Source of the DNA: an uncultured Clostridia bacterium
GTDB taxonomy: Bacteria > CAYTYR01 > UBA6262
Length of the DNA: 20,000 nt
NCBI GenBank assembly: GCA_964441745.1
Contig: CAYTYR010000001.1
Coordinates: 239,931 to 259,930 of the forward strand
Direction of reading: 5' to 3'
The notes beneath the pieces are model-generated. The model had not been told where the DNA came from. It saw only the letters and a list, made by a program, of their open reading frames with translations, and did no database searches. This document shows, piece after piece, positions 10,266 through 17,546 of the stretch. The translations under genes and the position numbers were made by a program. Every line of letters starts with the position of its first letter. The stretch's first letter is position 1.

Positions 10266-10417
10266 GGAGTTTACCCGCCGGTAATAGTGGCGGGAAACCG
10301 ATCAAGAAGGATCCGGAAAACCCCGAGAAATAAAGGAATTGATTGATATATAAAGGAAATTCAAAGCCTGCCAGTTTGTACCAATCCGTATGAATTTGCC
10401 TCTTTTTAGCCCTCACA

Positions 10418-10435
10418 TGGACACTTTTTGGACAC
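10418..10435 (+). repeat. TGGACACTTTTTGGACAC, direct repeat copy 1
   Basis: 17/18 identical to 16488-16505; contains two TGGACAC units at 11-bp spacing. Confidence 0.75.
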
Positions 10436-10549
10436 CAAACCGAGCGACTGATTATATAGTCGGATTTTCATCATTTATTGACCGTTGGACACGCTACCTG
10501 AAAAACCATGGTAATCAAAACATTAGTAAGGATGGGTCAAAGGATAAAA

Positions 10550-12490
10550 ATGAAAAGCGAATTTATCAACTGGTTTATTAAAGAAGAAAAATACTTACAG
10601 AATTACCCTTTAGAAACAAATGAATTTGTGAGATTGTGCCAAAGAATGGGTGTTTTTGTAAGCGCAGTTGATCTGGAAGAATATGAGAAATCTAAATTAA
10701 TTTATCCAATATTAAGATTTAATAGGCCCATATATGAAGAAGAGGGGGTTGAGTTCAGAAGAAAAGGGCAAGTCCTTAGGGCACACGCAGATTACGTAAT
10801 AAATGCTGATGAAGAATTCATAAGAAAGTATAAAGAAAAAAAGTATTCTAGTTATAGTTTTGGAGAGCATGAATGGCTGGTAAAATGGGTAGATGCAGGT
10901 TTACTATATGACCCGAGTAAGAGACGCTTTATTCCTTGGGTAAATTTTAAGGCAAAAAGATTAAGTTATGATAATCAGAAAATTTTAAGCTTTTATTCAA
11001 ATTTTCAATTGCTTTGGATTGATTTAATTAAGGAGAAAAGAGCTTTCTTTAAAACAATATACAAAGAAAAGGCCAATGAGCATTTATTAGGAGAAATTAG
11101 AAAATATGATAAATATTTAGAATTCTTGCTTTCAATTCAAAGTGTATATTACCCTTATGCACATTCTGATTCAAGAACAATTAGTATTACTGGAATAGAT
11201 GAAAAGAAATGGCTTCTGAAGAAAAAGGCATTTAACTATAAAAGGATTCTTCAGCTTTCAAATATGAGAGAAAAAGATGTTTTGGAATTATATAGGTTAC
11301 TATCCGAAAAAGCTTTAAGTATCCTTGGTGTTCATACCAGTGATTGGGTATATCTTTGGAAAAGTATTTCCTGGAATAGGAAAGATGAATTAAAAGGACA
11401 AATTAGAAAAGGTATTGAGTACTTCCAATGGGCTGTAATGATAAAAAGAGTTATAGAGGAATATTATAAAAAAGAGATTCCTGATTTGGAGGAGATAAAA
11501 ACTATTTATGGTAGCAATATATTAAAATATATAAAACATGACTTTAATAAGGTAAAAAGCTATCATTTGCAGAAAAAAAGTAGATATTTCGATGATAAAA
11601 ATAATATCGACTATTATCATGACAAATATAAAAGATTGTTTTATCTTTCAAACGATTTCAAGTTAGATTATCAGCCAAAGGTTTTAGTTTTCGTCGAAGG
11701 GGGGACAGAAGAATATATTTTCGCCCGTATATTTAAATGGTATTATGGCTCTCCTGAACATTTAGGTATAAACTTTATCAATTTTAAAGGTGTAGATAAG
11801 CTGCTATCTACTGCTAAAAACATGGAAAGGCTTAGAAAATTTATCATAGGCCTACAAAAGAAATTAAGAAGCAGAGTACTTTCTGACGATGAAAGAAGGG
11901 AATTAAAACAGCTCATAAGAAAGTTTAGAAACTTAGACATAGTGGTTTCTAATTGGACATCTTTTTTGAGTTATAACTTGGAAAAATGGCAAATAATACC
12001 TTTTTTTGTTTCAGATAATGAAGGGGGAATAAAGCATTTTCTGGAAGCTGAAAAGCCAATAAGATTTGCTAATGTAGTATATAATATCCCTCTTAAATGG
12101 AAGTTCTTATGGGGTATTGATAATGATAATAAGCCATTTAAGGGCAGCAGTTTGGAGCTTGCAAATTTTAGCGATGAAGAATTATCAAAATCTATTGGGG
12201 CTATTTTGCATAAAACTATTGATAAATCTCTAATTGAAAGAATAAGAGAAAAGGATACAGGCATAAATAAGATTGACCCTGAGGTTAAAATAAACAAAAT
12301 GAAGATAGTGAAATTACTTTTTGATAATCTATTTATAGAATTTAAAGGCAGGGAAACAGAATTATTAAGAAGGCCAATATTTAATGTTGTTGAAAGAATT
12401 ACTAACTTATCAGTGCTTAATCATCTTCCTGTAGATACAAAGATTGAATTAGAAAATAAAGAGTTTATTAAAAAAGAACTAAATTGTTAG
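10550..12490 (+). CDS. Uncharacterised protein with C-terminal OLD-like TOPRIM motif; candidate defence nuclease
   Basis: AAGGA SD favours ATG 10550 (the ORF track starts at 10508). VLVFVEGGTEEYIF...GINFINFKG...FFVSDNEG resembles OLD-family TOPRIM; very AT-rich. Confidence 0.6.
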   Translation: MKSEFINWFIKEEKYLQNYPLETNEFVRLCQRMGVFVSAVDLEEYEKSKLIYPILRFNRPIYEEEGVEFRRKGQVLRAHADYVINADEEFIRKYKEKKYSSYSFGEHEWLVKWVDAGLLYDPSKRRFIPWVNFKAKRLSYDNQKILSFYSNFQLLWIDLIKEKRAFFKTIYKEKANEHLLGEIRKYDKYLEFLLSIQSVYYPYAHSDSRTISITGIDEKKWLLKKKAFNYKRILQLSNMREKDVLELYRLLSEKALSILGVHTSDWVYLWKSISWNRKDELKGQIRKGIEYFQWAVMIKRVIEEYYKKEIPDLEEIKTIYGSNILKYIKHDFNKVKSYHLQKKSRYFDDKNNIDYYHDKYKRLFYLSNDFKLDYQPKVLVFVEGGTEEYIFARIFKWYYGSPEHLGINFINFKGVDKLLSTAKNMERLRKFIIGLQKKLRSRVLSDDERRELKQLIRKFRNLDIVVSNWTSFLSYNLEKWQIIPFFVSDNEGGIKHFLEAEKPIRFANVVYNIPLKWKFLWGIDNDNKPFKGSSLELANFSDEELSKSIGAILHKTIDKSLIERIREKDTGINKIDPEVKINKMKIVKLLFDNLFIEFKGRETELLRRPIFNVVERITNLSVLNHLPVDTKIELENKEFIKKELNC

Positions 12491-12511
12491 TTATTTGCCC
12501 TATGGATTTTC

Positions 12512-12540
12512 TTGAAGTTTAGCTAAAGAGATGATAAAAT
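12512..12540 (+). promoter_or_regulatory. Putative sigma70 promoter (extended -10) for the AlbA_2 gene
   Basis: TTGAAG, 17-bp spacer, TG-n-TAAAAT. Confidence 0.5.
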
Positions 12541-12567
12541 ACAGCTTAGATAATATTAAGAGGCACT

Positions 12568-13950
12568 ATGACCAAAAAAGAAATTGAAAGTTTACTTAAG
12601 GAAAATGAAAACATTGAACTCAAATCCTCTCTTGCCGTAATGGAGGAAATCATTGAGTCTGTTTCTGCTTTTGCCAATACCAGAGGCGGAAAGATTTTAA
12701 TTGGCGTTGACAATGCGAGTAGAGTTATTGGTTTGCAAATCGGCAAAGGAACGTTAGAAACCCTTGCTAACCGGATCGCCCAAAATACCGATCCTAAAAT
12801 CCATCCGCATATCAGTGTTGAAAAGATAGACGGCAAAGAGATTATAATTATAGAAGTCAAGGAAAGCCTGGACCGGCTTGTTCTTGCTTTTGGCCGTCCT
12901 TTCAAAAGAGTGGGCAAAGCCACGGTTAAGATGAGCAAAGATGAGTACGAGCGGCTGATACTTGAAAAGCACAAAGATAAATTCCAGTTTGATAAGCAGC
13001 TTTGCGAGGAAGCCAAACTTGAAGACATAGACCAAAAAAAGATTAAAACTTATCTTAAATTACGTCAGAAAAACAGAAATATATCCTCGCAAATAAAGAT
13101 GCCGCTTAACCAGTTTTTAGCCAATTTAAAAGCCGTAAGCGGTAAAAAACCCACCAACGCCGGCATTTTATTCTTCGGTAAGAATCCTCTTAACCTTATT
13201 TCTCATGCTCAGCTAAGATTGGTGCGGATCAAAGGAGTAAAGATATACGGCAACATTTTAGACAGGTTGGATTGCGAAGGCACGTTATGGGAAATGGTTG
13301 ATCAGGCTGAGGATTTTCTCAGAAAAAGCATTCGTTTGCTTGGTTTCCGGACCGAGCAGAGTTTTCGGAGAGAGGACAGGTTTGAATATCCCATCAGGGC
13401 GTTAAGGGAAGCCATTATCAATGGCCTGATACACAGAGATTATTTCAATCTGGCTGATGTGAGAGTCTTTATATTCGATGATCGGATTGAAATAGTCAGC
13501 CCCGGGCCCTTTCCCGAAGGAGTAAGCCCTAAAAAACCAGAACATAAACCGGTAAATAAAATTCTTTCAAGCTTGATGTATGATATTGGCTATATCGAAA
13601 AATATGGTTCGGGAATATACTTGGAAAACGAACTCTGCCTCAAGAACAAAAATCCCAAGCCTATTTACGAAATAGATCCCGTTCAAACAAAAGTAATATT
13701 CAAATCGCAGGTTAAGGACATTACCGTGATTGAGATTGATGAAACAATAATGAGCCAAATAAATGAGAGACAGAAAAAAGCGGTGGCATACATTAGAGAA
13801 AGAGGAAGTATAAAAAGAGAAGAATACATTAAGATAAATAATATTTCTCATACTATCGCTTCAAAGGAATTAAAGAACTTAACTAAAAAGAATATCTTTA
13901 AAACAACAGGAAAAGGGAAATACTTAAAATACGAGTTGACGCAAGGTTGA
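12568..13950 (+). CDS. Schlafen/AlbA_2 domain + HATPase_c_4 (RecG-C-like) + winged-helix protein
   Basis: ENENIELKSS, VSAFANTRGGKILIGVD, EYPIRALREAIINGLIHRDY, FDDRIEIVSPG, IEKYGSG, C-terminal NERQKKAV...wHTH. Confidence 0.9.
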   Translation: MTKKEIESLLKENENIELKSSLAVMEEIIESVSAFANTRGGKILIGVDNASRVIGLQIGKGTLETLANRIAQNTDPKIHPHISVEKIDGKEIIIIEVKESLDRLVLAFGRPFKRVGKATVKMSKDEYERLILEKHKDKFQFDKQLCEEAKLEDIDQKKIKTYLKLRQKNRNISSQIKMPLNQFLANLKAVSGKKPTNAGILFFGKNPLNLISHAQLRLVRIKGVKIYGNILDRLDCEGTLWEMVDQAEDFLRKSIRLLGFRTEQSFRREDRFEYPIRALREAIINGLIHRDYFNLADVRVFIFDDRIEIVSPGPFPEGVSPKKPEHKPVNKILSSLMYDIGYIEKYGSGIYLENELCLKNKNPKPIYEIDPVQTKVIFKSQVKDITVIEIDETIMSQINERQKKAVAYIRERGSIKREEYIKINNISHTIASKELKNLTKKNIFKTTGKGKYLKYELTQG

Positions 13951-13967
13951 CGCAAGGTTGACGCAAG
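13935..13967 (+). repeat. Perfect tandem repeat (GTTGACGCAAG)x3
   Basis: Read directly; spans the TGA stop of the AlbA_2 gene. Confidence 0.95.
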
Positions 13968-14043
13968 AAAAAGAAGAGACACAGCTTATCAACTGAGCCA
14001 ATTTCTTGAGACAGAGAACTTTATTATTTAAGGGATAAAAGTT

Positions 14044-14193
14044 ATGCTAAAAGACGAAAATATTCATCAATTAATTTTCAAGCTACAAGCAAAAATAGAA
14101 CATGCAGAAAATATGTCATCCGGAAGCATTGAAGACGAAAGCCAGATTGATGATTTACGCCTCGAGTTTTTAAAAATAGAGGAAGCTATATAA
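14044..14193 (+). pseudogene. 49-codon ORF, possible gene remnant
   Basis: MLKDENIHQLIFKLQAKIEHAENMSSGSIEDESQIDDLRLEFLKIEEAI with AAGGGA upstream; no recognisable family. Confidence 0.3.
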
Positions 14194-14454
14194 AAGAATA
14201 ACATATTTCTATGAGGTTTTGGCCCATACATAGGTGAGATATTAAAAAGGTTGTATGAGTTCTTAATTGGATGCATGTCTGCCAGTTCTCTGATGATAGA
14301 AATATCATTAATACTGGAGGTGAAAACGATGTTAACCGTAACGGCGGGGACAGTGCTCCTGGGGTGACCTGGTGACAAATGTTTCCAATATTACGAAGAG
14401 GACTATATAACTGATTCAATTAATCCCCGTTTTCCTCAAGGTAAAAATTAGGCC

Positions 14455-14490
14455 TTGACATCTTATTTCATATATGATACACTTTTGTCA
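14455..14490 (+). promoter_or_regulatory. Promoter/operator of the AbiE pair
   Basis: TTGACA (14455-14460), 17-bp spacer, TG-n-TACACT (14478-14483). Inverted TGACA...TGTCA brackets the promoter. The predicted leader before ATG 14496 is very short and has no SD. Confidence 0.6.
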
Positions 14491-14495
14491 TAATT

Positions 14496-15134
14496 ATGAA
14501 AAGCAGTAGTAATCTAATTGAACAGTTAAAATCTCTACCGTACTTCAGTAAAAGTACGGTAAAACAGCTTGGTAAGCAGCTTGGGCTTAAAAAGGCTTCG
14601 GTTGATACCTATATCAGCCGTTTTCTCAAGCGTAAAGAGATTATCCAGCTTAAAAAGGGTCTTTATGTCGCCACTGATTTTTACAATAAAAACAGGAGCG
14701 ATATTTCCTATTCGTTTTATCTCGCCAACATCCTGCGGACGCCATCGTATGTAAGCTCTTGGACGGCGCTCCAGTATTATAATTTAACCACCGAATCGAT
14801 CTATACCATAACCTCGATTACCCGAAAGGTCACCCGGACATATAATACAAAGGCAGGAACCTTTGCTTACCAGTCAGTGAAAAAGGAATTATTTTCTGAT
14901 TTTTCCTTGGTTAAAGGATCTCTCGAATCGCCGACAGGGAAATTTGATTTTTTCATCGCGTCTCCCGCCAAGGCGCTTTTTGACCTGCTATATTTTAAAA
15001 AACATCAGTTTCGCGGGGTGCGATTTGAAGATATAGATAGGCTAATTGAAGAAATGCGCATTGATATTGAAGAAATGGACGAAAAAGATCGGAGCGCCTT
15101 TTTTACCATGATCAAGAATTATTTAAAACTATGA
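14496..15134 (+). CDS. Type IV TA antitoxin, AbiEi-like transcriptional regulator
   Basis: N-terminal wHTH with IIQLKKGLY, then PSYVSSWTALQYYNL, ITSIT and IASPAKALFDLLY; ATGA overlap with the toxin gene. Confidence 0.85.
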   Translation: MKSSSNLIEQLKSLPYFSKSTVKQLGKQLGLKKASVDTYISRFLKRKEIIQLKKGLYVATDFYNKNRSDISYSFYLANILRTPSYVSSWTALQYYNLTTESIYTITSITRKVTRTYNTKAGTFAYQSVKKELFSDFSLVKGSLESPTGKFDFFIASPAKALFDLLYFKKHQFRGVRFEDIDRLIEEMRIDIEEMDEKDRSAFFTMIKNYLKL

Positions 15135-16399
15135 GTGAACAGATTCTCGCCACATTAAAAAGAAAGCTCGATGATCTTTCCGCTTATGGCGAAGTTGATG
15201 CGGAAACGAAACGTAACGCCCTTAAAGAAGAGCTGCAGTTTTACGTTCTTAATTTTATTTATCATCACCCGGAGTACGGCAAATGGATTATGTATGGTGG
15301 TTCCGCGCTTCGCATCTGCCATGAACTTGACCGAATGTCGGTTGATTTAGATTTTGAAGTTACGCAGGCGATAACTGAAAAGTTTTTAGAAGAACTGAAA
15401 AAGGAAATTGAAAAGCACTTCGCCAGCACTTACGGTACCGAACCCGATTTTCTCACCATAAAAACAACCACCGGCAGAGGACTCCTTCTTAAATTCCATG
15501 TTGGCAAAGAATTAATCATCGGCCATCCTTCTACGCAAGTACACGTTAAAATTGACCTTAACCATTTTACTGCCCCAAAGACAGTAACTGAGCGCATACC
15601 GATAAATCGCGACCAGTTTTCCTTTGTCATTACCACCTATAATATGTCCGCGCTTATGGCCAGCAAAATTGCCGCGATTTTCCTGCGCGGGACCCGTGGT
15701 GTGGGAGAAGCGGTGTATGAGGAAAAAGGGCGCGATATTTATGACCTTCTCTGGTATATGACTAAAAAAATAATGCCTGACCTTGATTACCTCATCGCCA
15801 AAGGCATTGACGTAAAGGATCCACGAGCGCTTTTTGACAAGCTTACGCTGCAGATGAACAAAGTAAGCGACGTTAATCTCAAACATGATCTCCGGCCGCT
15901 CTTTGTAAATCAGACATATATTGAAAACTGGCTGAAAAACTGGCGGGAAAGCTACTTGCGGCTCCTGGAAGGATATAAAATCACCACAGTGACAACATTG
16001 GAAAGCGTAAGGATACAGCAGGAATTTTATACGGACACTCGTTATTTTGCATATTGGTATAAAACAGAAGATGGAAAATCAGCGCGGATAGTTTATGCTC
16101 TAAGCGACTATTGGATTATGTACGGAGAGGGTGATTTGCCGACGAAAATAAACGATCAAATTATCCAGCTGGTTGCGGATGACATAAAAGATAAGCTTAA
16201 TGACAAAATAAAACAGTATATAACCTTGTTTTATGAAAAATCAGAGGCCTATTTCAAGAAAACAAACAGGATAATGCTTGGCGATAGCATAACCACCAAA
16301 CTTATCAGAATGACGGCTGATAAACTAAACCAGAAGGAGCAGATTGTGCTTAATAGATCTGCTCTGCTTTCCTGCGAGCTGGATGATTTATTGAAATAA
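15131..16399 (+). CDS. AbiEii/AbiGii-family nucleotidyltransferase toxin with C-terminal extension
   Basis: MYGGSALRICHELDRMSVDLDF (Pol-beta NTase), ASKIAA, KGRDIYDLLWY. Confidence 0.9.
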   Translation: MSEQILATLKRKLDDLSAYGEVDAETKRNALKEELQFYVLNFIYHHPEYGKWIMYGGSALRICHELDRMSVDLDFEVTQAITEKFLEELKKEIEKHFASTYGTEPDFLTIKTTTGRGLLLKFHVGKELIIGHPSTQVHVKIDLNHFTAPKTVTERIPINRDQFSFVITTYNMSALMASKIAAIFLRGTRGVGEAVYEEKGRDIYDLLWYMTKKIMPDLDYLIAKGIDVKDPRALFDKLTLQMNKVSDVNLKHDLRPLFVNQTYIENWLKNWRESYLRLLEGYKITTVTTLESVRIQQEFYTDTRYFAYWYKTEDGKSARIVYALSDYWIMYGEGDLPTKINDQIIQLVADDIKDKLNDKIKQYITLFYEKSEAYFKKTNRIMLGDSITTKLIRMTADKLNQKEQIVLNRSALLSCELDDLLK

Positions 16400-16487
16400 G
16401 GGGTTAGCCTGACTTTCCATAGTCAAAGGATGTTAAAATTCTTTTTGACGAAACCGTGAAGTTATGGTATATATCAGTGTTACCTAG

Positions 16488-16505
16488 TGGATACTTTTTG
16501 GACAC
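16488..16505 (+). repeat. TGGATACTTTTTGGACAC, direct repeat copy 2
   Basis: 17/18 identical to 10418-10435; 60 nt upstream of the tRNA-Arg relic. Confidence 0.75.
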
Positions 16506-16565
16506 TAGAGGTAAAAATAGACATCACGGTCAAAAGCTAGATTTGAAATTTCTCTTATATATAAA

Positions 16566-16633
16566 GCGCCCTTAGCTCAGTTTCAGCCTGAGGCTGATCC
16601 GCCTCTGGCGGAGGATTAGAGCGACTGACTACG
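16566..16633 (+). pseudogene. tRNA-Arg(ACG) 5' half with 30-nt double-hairpin insert in the D-loop
   Basis: Removing 16583-16612 leaves GCGCCCTTAGCTCAGTT-GGATTAGAGCGACTGACTACG, identical to nt 1-38 of the tRNA at 16668 and ending exactly at the anticodon. Confidence 0.9.
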
Positions 16634-16667
16634 TTGACACTAGTAATATTCAGAAATGATAACACAT

Positions 16668-16745
16668 GCGCCCTTAGCTCAGTTGGATTAGAGCGACTGA
16701 CTACGAATCAGTAGGCCACAGGTTCGAATCCTGTAGGGCGCGCCA
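16668..16745 (+). tRNA. tRNA-Arg(ACG)
   Basis: Acceptor GCGCCCT/AGGGCGC, anticodon arm ACTGA-CT-ACG-AA-TCAGT, T arm ACAGG-TTCGAAT-CCTGT, encoded CCA. Confidence 0.97.
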
Positions 16746-16868
16746 TTTACTCTCCTAGAATTTATTATTAAGTAAAAAGTAAATGGCCCGCCGACGCTTA
16801 TTGGCGGGCAAACCACAGATTAGGAAAAACAGATTACACAGATTAAAGCAAAATCCGCTAAATATTTT

Positions 16869-17303
16869 ATGGCTGAGGCGCTGAAAGAAGCGAAAAAAGC
16901 AGCGCTTAAAAACGAAGTACCAATAGGCGCTGTAGTAGTGCATAAAAACAAAATAATTGGCCGTGGCCATAACCTCTCGATCAAGAATAACAATCCGACA
17001 GCCCATGCGGAAGTATTAGCCTTAGGGCAGGCAGCAAAAAAGATCAAGAATTATCGTCTCGTAGATGCGGATATGTATGTGACCATAGAACCATGCGCCA
17101 TGTGCGCGGGAGCGATGGTTTGGGCCAGGATCAGGAATTTATATTTCGGAGCCAAGGATGCAAAAGCCGGGGCCTGTGGCAGCGTGTTTAATATTACTAA
17201 TAATAAGAAACTGAATCACCGCATCAATATACATCAGGGTATTCTGGAAGCAGAGAGCCGTCGGCTTATCCAGGAGTTCTTTAAAAAGAAAAGAAAAAAG
17301 TAA
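16869..17303 (+). CDS. tadA: tRNA adenosine(34) deaminase
   Basis: EVPIGAVVV, PTAHAE, YVTIEPCAMCAGA, GAKDAKAGACGS, LNHR. Start position uncertain. Confidence 0.95.
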   Translation: MAEALKEAKKAALKNEVPIGAVVVHKNKIIGRGHNLSIKNNNPTAHAEVLALGQAAKKIKNYRLVDADMYVTIEPCAMCAGAMVWARIRNLYFGAKDAKAGACGSVFNITNNKKLNHRINIHQGILEAESRRLIQEFFKKKRKK

Positions 17304-17304
17304 T

Positions 17305-17421
17305 GGAAGGGTGGCTCCCGATGTTAATCGGGACTCCCTGCGGTCGCGAGATATAGGGTAGAGCCAGTCTCGCCTGTCCTCCGTGTATGAAGCCGAAGGC
17401 TTCAACGGGGGGAAAACTGGT
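17305..17421 (+). pseudogene. tRNA-Ser(CGA) 5' relic 1 with two inserts
   Basis: GGAAGGGTGGC [31-nt insert] CGAG N13 CCAGTCTCG [40-nt insert] AAAACTGGT; the non-insert blocks are collinear with the tRNA at 17547. Confidence 0.85.
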
Positions 17422-17427
17422 CGTGAT

Positions 17428-17531
17428 GGAGGCGTCGCATAGTGGTTGCCCGCCGTAGGCGGGTAACAGTGCATCCGGTATCGCCTGTCCTCCCTGTATT
17501 GAAGTCGAAGACTTCAAGGGAGGGAAAACCG
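17428..17531 (+). pseudogene. tRNA-Ser(CGA)-like 5' relic 2 (different allele) with two inserts
   Basis: GGAGGCGTCGCATAGTGGTT [hairpin] TAACAGTGCATCCGGTATCG [41-nt insert] AAAACCG. D stem GCA/TGC and anticodon arm CGGT-ATCGAAA-ACCG are recoverable. Confidence 0.7.
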
Positions 17532-17546
17532 AAAATAATATGTGTT

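Larger units (their letters stand above)
10144..16667. mobile_element. Integrase-less genomic island at the 5' side of tRNA-Arg(ACG)
   Basis: Bounded by tRNA-Arg 5' sequences, carries an 18-bp direct repeat near both ends, and holds partly very AT-rich defence/TA-type genes between the core genes rsmI and tadA. Confidence 0.7.

Noticed and set aside
10183-10581. ORFs 10183-10416 (-) and 10390-10581 (+)
   Set aside because: They run through palindromes and att-like repeats and are not protein-like.
13935-13967. CRISPR interpretation of the tandem repeat or the tRNA-relic stacks
   Set aside because: No regular repeat-spacer periodicity and no cas genes.
16566-17531. Functional intron-containing or split tRNA genes
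   Set aside because: The relics have no T arm or 3' acceptor strand, no separate 3' halves are visible, the inserts are too short for group I/II introns, and intact genes are adjacent.
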